A DNA stretch of 28,720 nucleotides from a virus (Duplodnaviria > Caudoviricetes), in the IMG/VR virus record IMGVR_UViG_3300021961_005289, positions 1-28,720 of that record; one strand, given 5' to 3'. Positions 8,678 through 17,736 of the stretch are shown here, one piece after another (position 1 is the stretch's first letter; every line of letters starts with the position of its first letter). Below the pieces are notes generated by a model. The model did not search any database and was not told the origin of the DNA. It was given only the letters and a program-made list of their open reading frames with translations. The translations under genes were made by a program, and so were the position numbers.

Positions 8678-9852
8678 TCTTCTCTTCTAAAGCCAAGCAT
8701 AAGTGCAGCAAGGAATGCGGCGGAAAGTCCTCCGCGAAGTGTTGTTGAGCAAGTCTTTGCAGCACCATCCTGCTCACCTTCAACCGATCCAGTATCACCA
8801 TTCACAAGTCCGCCATCTTGATGTTCGCCCGTATCTTCACCCTCAAAGTCACCTGTATCTGGCTCCTCAAAAGAACCGGTGTCCTCTGGCTCTGTATCTG
8901 GCTCTGGTGGAAGATAAAAAGGTTGCGCTATAACAAGATCCTCGATCGTCACGCCAAGTTCATGGTGGAACGGATCATACCAGCCAATATCAAAGTTGCC
9001 GAGAAAGTTTATACTATCAATGCGGAACGGCTTTCCTTCCTCTACTTGGATGCTCAGGAAGTATTCTTGATATGCTGACTGGCGCTCTCGCTCTCCAAGG
9101 TTCAAATACATATCCCAAGCCATTAGATCGGCACGTCCATTAACGTATACGTCCCACTCATAAAGCGTGACTTCGTATTGTGTATTGACTGAATACTCTG
9201 ATGAGTGGTAGCCCTTGACTTGCAGTTCGCCTTCGGCTTCTACTTCAACTCCGTCTTCATCTAACTTGTATTCTCCGTGGATCATCGCTGCGCCTTCGGA
9301 GTCCGTGCCGATACCATACTTGTTCTCAAAGGTTACTTGGCTGTATGCGTCAATGCCGTATGACTCAAACGGAACAGACCAGTCCCAGCGGAATGCGCCT
9401 TGTTCACGCTCAATATCGGTCATCGCCTCAACAGAAACAACGGGATGCTCGCCCCAGTCGGTCCATTCGTCTGCCCACAACTTACAAAACGAGCCACGTG
9501 CCCAGTCCCAAGGTGCATAATAGCAGTTGTCTCCGGGTGTTGAGCGGACCTTGATCACAGCAACATAAAAGTCTGTTGCGCGATCGATAGAAGACTCAAA
9601 CCAAAAGAACTCAACAATAGCATCAACACTGTTGTCGAGAATGTCTGAGTTTCCAAGATACAACGTGTTGCCTTCAAAGAAAGCATACGGATATGTGTCT
9701 TCCTTCAACTCAACGTCAATAACATTTTCAAAGGTAACGTCAAGGTCGCCTTCAAGGATGGTTGCACCTGTATAAGATGTATCGCTCTCACTAAGTGTGT
9801 CGGCGTGTGCGGTGCCCATAAGACACAGCGAAAGTAAAAGATTCATGAACAT
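8674..9852 (-). CDS. Secreted/surface protein with MYXO-CTERM-like C-terminal sorting signal
   Basis: Signal peptide ending AHA; acidic beta-rich body; EPDT/EDTG linker; C-terminus KTCSTT-LRGGLSAAFLAALMLGF-RRED (Cys, TM helix, Arg pair). Confidence 0.7.
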   Translation of the reverse strand: MFMNLLLSLCLMGTAHADTLSESDTSYTGATILEGDLDVTFENVIDVELKEDTYPYAFFEGNTLYLGNSDILDNSVDAIVEFFWFESSIDRATDFYVAVIKVRSTPGDNCYYAPWDWARGSFCKLWADEWTDWGEHPVVSVEAMTDIEREQGAFRWDWSVPFESYGIDAYSQVTFENKYGIGTDSEGAAMIHGEYKLDEDGVEVEAEGELQVKGYHSSEYSVNTQYEVTLYEWDVYVNGRADLMAWDMYLNLGERERQSAYQEYFLSIQVEEGKPFRIDSINFLGNFDIGWYDPFHHELGVTIEDLVIAQPFYLPPEPDTEPEDTGSFEEPDTGDFEGEDTGEHQDGGLVNGDTGSVEGEQDGAAKTCSTTLRGGLSAAFLAALMLGFRRED

Positions 9853-9872
9853 ATTCTCCTAATGTTTGAGAA

Positions 9873-9901
9873 AGTATAACTCACATTTTTGGAGATGTCA
9901 A
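9873..9901 (-). promoter_or_regulatory. Sigma70-type promoter
   Basis: TTGACA-17 nt-TATACT, then AGGAG RBS. Confidence 0.8.
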
Positions 9902-9907
9902 ATATCT

Positions 9908-10837
9908 TTACTTCTTTTTCCAGTCAATAAATTTTATATTATGCTCTGCTTCTTCCAAAAGCGTTTTGAGATCGAGCCCTGCACAGTCTATCTTGTTTTT
10001 GCTCACGTGGTAGTGACTCACGAAGCCCTCAAAGTCTCCATATGCAACGTTTTGCTCGTATTTCGTGGAAGTTTTGCCGAACTGGTTTGTTGGCGCCTCG
10101 TAGGGGATGCCTGTTGCGCCGTGGATCGCTCTCCACAATGACTTTAAAGCATCCAACTGAACAGGATAGAAACCAGTGAATGGATCTAGTTTAGAGCCGT
10201 GGACCCAAGCATCTTCAATTAGCGGTCTTTCACCGAAGCCGTTTTTAACATACCAGTCCTGATATCTTGGGTAGTATGCGTTCGAGATCTCTACACCAAC
10301 TGATGGTCTATTGGTTCTTGATGAGCCAGCGTGCCAAGCGGCGTGTTGCATATCCATTGTCTGATATATTGTTCCATCATTGTCGATCAAAAAGTGGACA
10401 GACACACCTCTGCGGTTTAATACATCCTGACAGGACTTGGAGTTTAGGCAAACATCCCAGTGATTTACAAAATAGCGTATCTTTCTCTCTGGTCTGCCTG
10501 AGTAGTCGTAGTATGTGCCTCGGGCTGCTTCCATGCCGCCTTTTTCTGACCAAAGAACAAACTTATCCCAGTCAATAGGGTGAAAGTCGCCATTATAAAC
10601 AATGTAATTTGAATATTGTGCTTCTTGCGGTTTATAGTCGTCTATCTTTGCTTGCCTTTCGGTCCAAAGTCTTCTAAACGTTGTTGGTCCACAAAGACCA
10701 TCCGCAGGGATACCTTGGCTTTTCTGCCATTTTTTGATTGCTCTGACTAACTTGTCGTCAAAGTATTTTTCTCCAAACCATGAAGGTTCCCATCCGAGCT
10801 TCTTTGCAGAAGCCTCGTTATAGAAGTTTTTATCCAT
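9908..10837 (-). CDS. N-acetylmuramoyl-L-alanine amidase (Amidase_2) with N-terminal peptidoglycan-binding domain
   Basis: AIKKWQKSQGIPADGLCGPTT (PG_binding_1); NHWD, SVHFLIDNDGTIYQ, AWHAG, SVGVE, SHYHVSKNKIDC (His/His/Cys zinc ligands). Confidence 0.9.
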   Translation of the reverse strand: MDKNFYNEASAKKLGWEPSWFGEKYFDDKLVRAIKKWQKSQGIPADGLCGPTTFRRLWTERQAKIDDYKPQEAQYSNYIVYNGDFHPIDWDKFVLWSEKGGMEAARGTYYDYSGRPERKIRYFVNHWDVCLNSKSCQDVLNRRGVSVHFLIDNDGTIYQTMDMQHAAWHAGSSRTNRPSVGVEISNAYYPRYQDWYVKNGFGERPLIEDAWVHGSKLDPFTGFYPVQLDALKSLWRAIHGATGIPYEAPTNQFGKTSTKYEQNVAYGDFEGFVSHYHVSKNKIDCAGLDLKTLLEEAEHNIKFIDWKKK

Positions 10838-10849
10838 CCACGTTCCTGT

Positions 10850-11116
10850 TTAGCTAACGATTCCAACCACGTAATTGTCTAGAATAACACTATAATTAGT
10901 GTGTCCGATCGTTATTTCCTCTAACATGGAACGGTCAATAACAATTTTGCTTGAAGGGACTAGCTTAAACCTAACGTCATCTGCAACTTCTCTAACTTTA
11001 ACCGTTGTATATCGCTCTTCTGCTGGCTTATAGTCGTCAGGCAATACAATCAAAGATTCTTGCACATCTTTCTGCTCTTCTTCAACTAAAATATATCTAT
11101 TTACTGGCTTAAACAT
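10850..11116 (-). CDS. groES: GroES-like co-chaperonin
   Basis: MFKPVNRYILVE...SLIVLPDD, 88 aa, ends VILDNYVVGIV. Confidence 0.75.
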   Translation of the reverse strand: MFKPVNRYILVEEEQKDVQESLIVLPDDYKPAEERYTTVKVREVADDVRFKLVPSSKIVIDRSMLEEITIGHTNYSVILDNYVVGIVS

Positions 11117-11336
11117 CTCCTAACTCCTTTTGTATCAGTTTTTCCTGTATTTGGTATTGTTGCTTACTCAAAAAAATATCTTCTCTTTTGCCGCAGTTTC
11201 TGCAAACCATGGTCATGTGGACATTCTCTCCTTGAGTAGAGCGAACATTACCTGCTGGGACGTAATAGCAACCAGTGCTTCGGTTGCCGCATCTTCTTTT
11301 TAGAAACCTTGCGTCCATTAAGTGATTGAAATTCAT
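11109..11336 (-). CDS. Small Cys-containing hypothetical protein (possible zinc binder)
   Basis: Start reassigned to MNFNHL at 11336 (GAGGT RBS just after the RNR stop); C..C and CRNC. Confidence 0.65.
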   Translation of the reverse strand: MNFNHLMDARFLKRRCGNRSTGCYYVPAGNVRSTQGENVHMTMVCRNCGKREDIFLSKQQYQIQEKLIQKELGDV

Positions 11337-11343
11337 TTTTACC

Positions 11344-13311
11344 TCATATTTCGCAAGACTCTCCATCACAGAACTTTGTGCCTGCGCCAGCAACATCAGT
11401 CTCAATTCTTTGAATTGGCGTGATCTTTGCTACCATCTCGTTGTACCTTTCCTCTGTGATAGGCTCATAGGGTGCTTGCTTATAGCCAGTTTCGCTCAGT
11501 CTCAAAAATGATACTGCTTTAAGTCGCGTTTCGTACATCTCAAGAGCACTCTTGATCTGCGATGCCTCGTGAGGCTTAAAGGTTACCGTAATTGAAACTG
11601 CATTATCAGCCCAGTAATACTGGTATTGTGCTGCTAACTCTAACTGTTCCCACATACTAACATCTTTCTTGCCTTTTGTAAAGAACTGTTCTCTGACTGG
11701 GAACTCGACAACTGATGTGTTGGGCGAGTAGGCATCATCTTCAATGAAGTATCCAGCATCGCGAAGACTGTCCAACAAAGGCGAGGTCTTGGAGAACCTG
11801 ATGCGCCTGATGTAAAACTCGTCCTCTGGGAAGTGAATGCCCGGAGTGGAGCCATTCAGGAGAGATACAGTACCAGATGGCTTGATAGAAGTCATCTTGA
11901 TCGAACGAGGAACGCAAAGCCAGTTAGAGTATTCCTTATCCAACTCTCTGATGTGCTCATAGGCATCGTCGCACCACTCAAACATCTTGCGTCTGCCGTG
12001 CTTTGTGAACGCCTGAATAATTCCAGACTGCGACAGACCAATACGGCGGTTCTTCAACATCTTCGCGTTAGTCTCTGGCCAATGCGTATTAACCAGCGTG
12101 ACGGTCTTGCCGTATAAATATGCACACTTCAAGGTTCGCAGATAGTCATCGTAGTCTTCGTGCTTTGCTGGGAATGTCTCGACAAGACAGCAAAGTTCTG
12201 CGTTGTGAAGGCTTTGCTCTACACAAGGGTTAAAGCCAACAACCTCTGCATCATCATAGTTGATGCCGTCCTTAAACCTGCCGTATGCTCGGGCATTTTC
12301 AAGCCAGATCGTTCCGGGCTCTCCGTTTTGCTGTGCTTGCTCTGCATGCCAAGTGTAGTCCATACCAACTGGAGCATTATATGAGTTGTTGGAGCCCCAG
12401 CGGTGATGATACAACTTTTCTTGATCGTTCTTCATCTCAAGATAGTGCATATCTTCGTGATCGCCCAAAGCAAGCGCAGCCGAGCGACGAACGTTTCCTG
12501 CAACGACACAACGACCAATAAGGTTTTCTGTGTCTACAATATCAACAGATGTGATAGCCTCTCCGATCTTTGGTGTGAAGAGTTCAGTTAAACTCTCGTG
12601 CAACTCTTTGAGAGGTCCGTGTCCTGATGATGTTCCGCCAAAGCCGGAGATAAGGGCGCCTTCTGGACGAATTGCTGAGTAGTCGAATTTGGGAACCTTT
12701 GCGCCAAGCAAAAAGCCGTCAAGGAGCGTGTGAACTGAGTTAACCCACCCTTCGCGAGAATCATCAATAACTAGAACATCGTTGGTGTACTCTGGCTCTT
12801 GGATAACAACAGTTCCAGCACCCTTTGTGTCGAAACCAACGCCAACACCAACCATAAGAGCGTCCATGATCCAAGCAAAGATGTAGCCGCCCTTGGTGGA
12901 AATATCACTAGTGGAGCGGAAGGCGCAGTTGAACAGTGCAGCGCCGGTTCTCTCTTTGACGAACTTTGTGCCCATCATCCACAGACCACGACCGGGAGGT
13001 GTCCATTTCAAGTTGAATAGCCGATCAAAAGCATCTTTTGCGGTGCGCTGTGCTTTGTTGTCGTTCCATTCCAAGCCAAGCCTTACAACGTGCTCTTTTT
13101 GGATATCAAACATACCCTCAACAACGCGGCGACAAGTTTGCCACCACTCTTCTGTGCCTGTTGCGTCTGGCTCAAACTCACTAAGGCGACGGGCGTATGT
13201 GCGCTTGAAGGTTACATACCCAAGCGGACCCCAAGGCACCTCTGCGGTCTTATATGGCTCTACGAAAGAGTCGGATAGCCTGAATCTGCGGATGTTATTT
13301 ACTGTTCTCAT
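11344..13311 (-). CDS. nrdJ: Class II (B12-dependent) ribonucleotide reductase, monomeric RTPR type
   Basis: PPGRGLW, FNCAF, GNVRRSA, GFNPCVEQ..ELCCLVE, TSIKPSGTVS and C-terminal CDGESC redox pair. Confidence 0.95.
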   Translation of the reverse strand: MRTVNNIRRFRLSDSFVEPYKTAEVPWGPLGYVTFKRTYARRLSEFEPDATGTEEWWQTCRRVVEGMFDIQKEHVVRLGLEWNDNKAQRTAKDAFDRLFNLKWTPPGRGLWMMGTKFVKERTGAALFNCAFRSTSDISTKGGYIFAWIMDALMVGVGVGFDTKGAGTVVIQEPEYTNDVLVIDDSREGWVNSVHTLLDGFLLGAKVPKFDYSAIRPEGALISGFGGTSSGHGPLKELHESLTELFTPKIGEAITSVDIVDTENLIGRCVVAGNVRRSAALALGDHEDMHYLEMKNDQEKLYHHRWGSNNSYNAPVGMDYTWHAEQAQQNGEPGTIWLENARAYGRFKDGINYDDAEVVGFNPCVEQSLHNAELCCLVETFPAKHEDYDDYLRTLKCAYLYGKTVTLVNTHWPETNAKMLKNRRIGLSQSGIIQAFTKHGRRKMFEWCDDAYEHIRELDKEYSNWLCVPRSIKMTSIKPSGTVSLLNGSTPGIHFPEDEFYIRRIRFSKTSPLLDSLRDAGYFIEDDAYSPNTSVVEFPVREQFFTKGKKDVSMWEQLELAAQYQYYWADNAVSITVTFKPHEASQIKSALEMYETRLKAVSFLRLSETGYKQAPYEPITEERYNEMVAKITPIQRIETDVAGAGTKFCDGESCEI

Positions 13312-14718
13312 TTATTTGTTTCCTTTTCTGTATTTCTCGTATTTGTTTAGCAACAGTTCTTTCTGTTCTTTTGCGCCAAGTGGTGGCGGAGTTGCTGGTA
13401 TTAATTTTGTTGTGATATTTGGAGCAACCGTGTTTGTTTTCGGCATAGTCTTAATTTTCACGTTGGACGTGTCCATGAAGATATCATACACTATTCCGTC
13501 AGGTCCGTTTCTATTTTTTGCAATAAAAATCTTACCTGTGTTGTTTTGTTTGTCCTCGATCGTGCGAGATACCGACATAATAAAGTCAGCCACAAAGCAT
13601 TTATTGAATGCTTCGGAGATCTGCTCCATTGTGATCACCTCTGCGTTCAAGCCTGATCGGTTTGTTTGCGAGGCTGTCCAAATGGGGCAGCCAAATTCTG
13701 TTGAGAGCCCTCGTAGATCTTCATAAATAGATTCAAGTTCTGCTCGTTTTTCTTTTCTTACGACAATAGGCTTCAAAAGATCGGCGTAGTCAACGATGAT
13801 CATGCCGGGGTTGATGCCGCGCTTTGATAACTTGTTCAAATGAGCACGGATCGTGCTTACAGAAGCAGACTTTGTTGGATACTCCTTTACGATCAGAGAT
13901 CCATCAATGTCTTGAATTTCTTCGTAGATCTCGTCCTTGAAGTTCATCAAGTCACTTAAAGGATAACCTGTAATACAACTGTCGTAGCGGTTGGCGATAA
14001 CAGTGTCTTGAAGTTCCAGCGTATAGTGAATGACGGTCTTACCTTCTTTGACTGCCTGCGAACCAAGATGCACAAGCACCATAGACTTTCCAGCACCTGT
14101 GGGGGCAATAACCACACCAAGTTCGTTCTTGCCTAGACCACCACCAACAATAGAGTCAACGTCTTTCCAGCCTGTTGTAACGGGTTGGCGATGACGTGGC
14201 TGATAGCGAGCCTCGAAGTCTGCAATAAAGTCGTGTCCAAAGTTTGTCTCCGAGCCAAGTTTTAGCGAGTCGTTGATAACCTTGGAGATCTCATCAAAAG
14301 AAGAGGACTCCAGCAAACCAACGGACTGCAACATCGCTTCTTTGAGGTTTTGCTTTCTACAGAAGTCTAGTGACTTTTCTTTGATGTATTCTTCGTTGTC
14401 CAGTTCACTTGTTGTAATGCGAGTAAAGTATTCTTTTACTTGCTGCTGGATAACTGTGTCTTCTGTTTCAAGCTCTGTCTTGAGAATGGTAGCAATTGCA
14501 TTAGCAGACGGATGCTTAGAATACTTGTCGCGATAAGAAGTTATCTTGTCTGTAAATACACGTAGATATTCCAGTTCAAGAAAGTTTAGATCTAGGACTT
14601 CTGTTATCTGATCTGCAAAGGGGCGATCCTGATAAATTAATTGTACCAAACCCTCCTGAAAAGACTTTCCGTAGCGACCAAAAGTCGGCTGATTTTGTGC
14701 AGGTCTTGAAGAGTTCAA
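13312..14718 (-). CDS. Replicative SF4 helicase (DnaB/T4 gp41-like)
   Basis: Walker A APTGAGKS, YTLEL, IIVDYADLL, WTASQTNR, AKNRNG. The TTG start is approximate. Confidence 0.92.
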   Translation of the reverse strand: MNSSRPAQNQPTFGRYGKSFQEGLVQLIYQDRPFADQITEVLDLNFLELEYLRVFTDKITSYRDKYSKHPSANAIATILKTELETEDTVIQQQVKEYFTRITTSELDNEEYIKEKSLDFCRKQNLKEAMLQSVGLLESSSFDEISKVINDSLKLGSETNFGHDFIADFEARYQPRHRQPVTTGWKDVDSIVGGGLGKNELGVVIAPTGAGKSMVLVHLGSQAVKEGKTVIHYTLELQDTVIANRYDSCITGYPLSDLMNFKDEIYEEIQDIDGSLIVKEYPTKSASVSTIRAHLNKLSKRGINPGMIIVDYADLLKPIVVRKEKRAELESIYEDLRGLSTEFGCPIWTASQTNRSGLNAEVITMEQISEAFNKCFVADFIMSVSRTIEDKQNNTGKIFIAKNRNGPDGIVYDIFMDTSNVKIKTMPKTNTVAPNITTKLIPATPPPLGAKEQKELLLNKYEKYRKGNK

Positions 14719-14741
14719 GAACCACCCCCTCTGAGACTATA

Positions 14742-14769
14742 ATTATAACCTGATGCTCTCATAAGTCAA
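14742..14769 (-). promoter_or_regulatory. Sigma70-type promoter
   Basis: TTGACT-16 nt-TATAAT upstream of the helicase. Confidence 0.65.
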
Positions 14770-15746
14770 GAATTTTGGCTGTCCAGAGCAATCTTGTTTA
14801 AATGCAATTCTAGATCTTTCCAGTTCAATTCACCGAACCCATCGTCTCGCATTTTCTTAATAATTTCTATCTTGTTGAAATTGAACTCAAAATTCTCAAC
14901 GGCGTTTTTCACAAAGTCCTTTGACTGAGGAGAAAGCATCGGAGAATAAAGTTGCATCATTTTGTAGTTATGTGCGATCGTGTCTTGACCTTCCAAGATA
15001 TTATCGTGGAACTTTAACTTGCTATCTACGTTCTCGCAGTAAGTGATCAGTTCATCAATGGTGTAGTCTTTCTCGGAAGCCAAAAAGCCAAGACGGCGCT
15101 GGATCGTCTTAAATCCAACCGACTTGATACCGGGCAAATTATCTGATGCATCGCCTACAAGTGCGCGTGCAAGCGCCATATTCCGCGGATGCACGCCAAG
15201 TTCCTCAATAATACGCTTCTTGTTGTAGACAGTCTTGCTTACTGGTCGGAACACTACTGTTTCATCATCGCAAAGTTGGTAAAAGTCCTTATCGTTGGAC
15301 ACAATTACCTTTTGCCACCCTTGATATTTTGGAGTTTGCGTTAAATACGAAATAACGTCATCTGCCTCCACCTCTGGAATAACAATTTGTATGATAGGCA
15401 TTTCGTTTAGATACTCCATCAGGCGCATCTGTTGCCATACCTTATTTTGCATCTCCTCTTCATCAGTCAGGTTCTTAACTGACCTGTTTAGACGGACTGG
15501 TGTTCTGCCACTCTTATAGTCCTTATCAAGTGCCTTTCTCTTTCGAGAACCATTTGGTCCATCCCATACAAATACGATCTCGTCTGGGTTTGAGTCTCTG
15601 ACGAGTTTTTGAAGGATCTTTAATGAACCCTTGATGCCCCCGCAAGGTTCTCCTTGCATAGTAAGGCTTGGGTCCATAATATATGCTCTCAAATAAAGGT
15701 TTAGAGAGTCAATGATCAATACTCGTTTCTTGTCTGTTTTAGTCAT
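14766..15746 (-). CDS. 5'-3' exonuclease / flap endonuclease (Pol I N-terminal or T4 RNase H-like)
   Basis: LIIDSLN, VWDG, YKSGR, EADDVI, SNDKDFYQL, LVGDASDNLPGIKSVGFKT. Confidence 0.93.
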   Translation of the reverse strand: MTKTDKKRVLIIDSLNLYLRAYIMDPSLTMQGEPCGGIKGSLKILQKLVRDSNPDEIVFVWDGPNGSRKRKALDKDYKSGRTPVRLNRSVKNLTDEEEMQNKVWQQMRLMEYLNEMPIIQIVIPEVEADDVISYLTQTPKYQGWQKVIVSNDKDFYQLCDDETVVFRPVSKTVYNKKRIIEELGVHPRNMALARALVGDASDNLPGIKSVGFKTIQRRLGFLASEKDYTIDELITYCENVDSKLKFHDNILEGQDTIAHNYKMMQLYSPMLSPQSKDFVKNAVENFEFNFNKIEIIKKMRDDGFGELNWKDLELHLNKIALDSQNS

Positions 15747-16678
15747 CCTACTAGCCTCTGTTCGTTCATTATATCACGATATTCCAAGAGCGCAAGTTCT
15801 TTGTGCTTTGCCTCGATCATTACGTCCAGATCGTGTCCATAGTCATCAAATGGGTTGCGGATCATATCGGAGTGTGCTTGTGGCTTGATCTTAGGGTTGT
15901 TGTGCTCAACAGAACGCGACTCTGCGTAATGCACAACTGGCTTTACATCGCCCCACGTAGAAAGCGCCATTTCTAGTGCTTCCTGCTCTGACTGTCCGTC
16001 AGGGTGCAGCATATGGTGGTGATAGTCAAATACGATAGGAATACCGATACGCTTATATATGCCCTCGTACAATTCTCGCGTAGAGTAAAGTGATGGCTTG
16101 TCGTCGTTTTCTACCGTCAAGCGCGAACGGACATTCTCTGGTAGCCGTTCAAAGTTGCGACAGAAGTTGTCGAGAGCAAAAGGCTTGTCGCCGTAGGCTG
16201 CGCCAACGTGGATGTTGAGTTTGGCGTATGGCGTGCGAGGCAAACCAATAAGGTCAAACAAGTCTGCATGCACTGATAGATCGGTCTTGGTCAGTTGAAA
16301 CACACGCTCTTGTGGGGACGCCAACTTGTTGAATGGTCCGGGGTGTGATGTGAGGCGCATGTTGTGCTGGCGAGCAAAGTTACCAGCGGATGCAGCGGCA
16401 GCGTGGATAGCGCCGAAGTTAGGCATATCCTCTAAGTTGTACTCTGATGCCCACGGAATGATGTCGGAAGACAACCGATAAAAGTAAATGTCGTTCTCCA
16501 AGTTCCATTGCAGGATCTTGCGCAGATCACGCAAGTTATCCAAGGCAAGTTCTGACGCATATTCAATACCACGCTCCTTGAATGTGCGTTTGATCATACT
16601 GCGGTTAGTTGTGATACGCTGCGACTTCGGAAGATCGGACAGCGACTTGCAAATGCACGCATACCCATAGTTACGCAT
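15743..16678 (-). CDS. uvsE: UV damage endonuclease
   Basis: GYACI, FYRLSSDIIP, RLTSHPG, NIHVG, LTVENDD, IVFDYHHH, HSD, VMIEAKHKE. Confidence 0.95.
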   Translation of the reverse strand: MRNYGYACICKSLSDLPKSQRITTNRSMIKRTFKERGIEYASELALDNLRDLRKILQWNLENDIYFYRLSSDIIPWASEYNLEDMPNFGAIHAAAASAGNFARQHNMRLTSHPGPFNKLASPQERVFQLTKTDLSVHADLFDLIGLPRTPYAKLNIHVGAAYGDKPFALDNFCRNFERLPENVRSRLTVENDDKPSLYSTRELYEGIYKRIGIPIVFDYHHHMLHPDGQSEQEALEMALSTWGDVKPVVHYAESRSVEHNNPKIKPQAHSDMIRNPFDDYGHDLDVMIEAKHKELALLEYRDIMNEQRLVG

Positions 16679-16684
16679 ATTTCC

Positions 16685-16739
16685 CTCCTATATGCTCTTT
16701 ATACTATAACAAAGTAAAGTAACAAAGTCAAGCACTTTT
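16685..16739 (-). repeat. 55-bp promoter/leader repeat, copy 1 (TTGACT-17-TATAGT with extended -10 TG)
   Basis: 50/55 identical to 18249-18303 by manual alignment; here it leads into AGGAGG and the uvsE ATG. Confidence 0.9.
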
Positions 16740-16741
16740 AT

Positions 16742-16945
16742 TCATTCTTTGTTCTCCGCAAGTTTCTCAACATAACTATCTGGCTCAAAGGTTGTCTCCC
16801 CGTGCATCCAGTGAATAGTCAAGCGGTCTTCAAAGTAGTCATTATAAGTTTTAAAAAAGTTTTCTTCTACTTTTAACACTATCCCAAGCCCTACTTCGTT
16901 GTTAGAGTATTTGTGTTTAGGTTTTACCAAGTCACCGACTTTCAC
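16742..16945 (-). CDS. Small hypothetical protein (KVGDLV, KOW/SH3-like start)
   Basis: Probable GTG start at 16945 overlapping the upstream TGA (GTGA); VKVGDLVK...GIVLKV. Confidence 0.6.
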   Translation of the reverse strand: MKVGDLVKPKHKYSNNEVGLGIVLKVEENFFKTYNDYFEDRLTIHWMHGETTFEPDSYVEKLAENKE

Positions 16946-17154
16946 TCTTCGCTCTCCAGTTTTCTCGCACATTCAACTGAACAGTTCAACATTGCCAACA
17001 AGCTATTCCCGCCTGTATAACCATTTCCCATATCAATTCCGAGAGCCTCGGCAGCCTTGAATAAAATTGATTTTTCCAGTTCTTTACGAGTTGGAAGTTT
17101 GAATGTTTTTCCACACACTTTGCATTCTTGATATAGAATCTCAATGTTGTTCAT
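16942..17154 (-). CDS. Small hypothetical protein with CxxC and CxxxC
   Basis: GGAGG RBS; CKVCGKTF...CSVEC. Confidence 0.65.
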   Translation of the reverse strand: MNNIEILYQECKVCGKTFKLPTRKELEKSILFKAAEALGIDMGNGYTGGNSLLAMLNCSVECARKLESEE

Positions 17155-17161
17155 TCTTTAT
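17140..17161. repeat. 22-bp exact direct repeat, copy 1
   Basis: ctcaatgttgttcattctttat, identical to 17715-17736. Confidence 0.9.
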
Positions 17162-17729
17162 ATCCTCCTTCGTGTAATCTTGAACCTCCCGGTAAAACCG
17201 CACAACGATAAGAATAAATCCTTTCGCCGTCTTCTTCTCTCATCATAATTGGATATCCAAAAATAAGATGTTTTCCTTTGTGTTTCTCGTTAAGTTCGTT
17301 TCTGAATCTTTCAGCGAGTTCTGCTGTTAGTCCAACTTCCGCATCCAGAGCATAATATCTATTGGAGCAAATTTCCTCAACCACTTCTTTGTTTGGCGAG
17401 GATTCAAAATCATAAACCTGAGTTGTTGCAACACTTGATTCTTCTTCGTCTGGCTTGAAGTAGGTAAATGCGGGAAGAGCACTTGTTTCGTATGTGAAAG
17501 TGAGTGGACAATCACCTTCTTCAAAAAAACCTGATGATTGGAATATCCTGCGAATTAAAGGAAAACAAATGTATGCTAATTGACTTTCATTTACATCTTG
17601 GTAAGTAAACAGAATATGTCTTGCTTCATTTTCTAACAATTGACTCATAGAATATTGCTCGTCTTCTGGTAGTTCTTCTAGAAGCCTTGTTTTCTCCCAT
17701 TTGTTTTTAATGTCCTCAATGTTGTTCAT
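17151..17729 (-). CDS. Truncated, internally deleted paralog of a gp23-type major capsid protein
   Basis: KWEKTRLLEEL..SMSQLLENEA..FPLIRRIF and LDAEVGLTAELAERFRNEL match my recollection of the gp23-family N-terminal and backbone-helix motifs; only 192 aa long. Confidence 0.65.
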   Translation of the reverse strand: MNNIEDIKNKWEKTRLLEELPEDEQYSMSQLLENEARHILFTYQDVNESQLAYICFPLIRRIFQSSGFFEEGDCPLTFTYETSALPAFTYFKPDEEESSVATTQVYDFESSPNKEVVEEICSNRYYALDAEVGLTAELAERFRNELNEKHKGKHLIFGYPIMMREEDGERIYSYRCAVLPGGSRLHEGGYKE

Positions 17730-17736
17730 TCTTTAT
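17715..17736. repeat. 22-bp exact direct repeat, copy 2
   Basis: Identical to 17140-17161; spans the RBS spacer and the first codons MNNIE. Confidence 0.9.

Noticed and set aside
12893-13726. 277-aa plus-strand ORF, and the many other plus-strand ORFs
   Set aside because: Antisense shadows of well-supported minus-strand genes (nrdJ, helicase and others), with no recognisable motifs.
3490-14718. Inteins, introns or stop-codon reassignment in dnaE, nrdJ or the helicase
   Set aside because: The genes are uninterrupted and of normal length with no intein motifs seen; TAA, TAG and TGA all end genes in this window.
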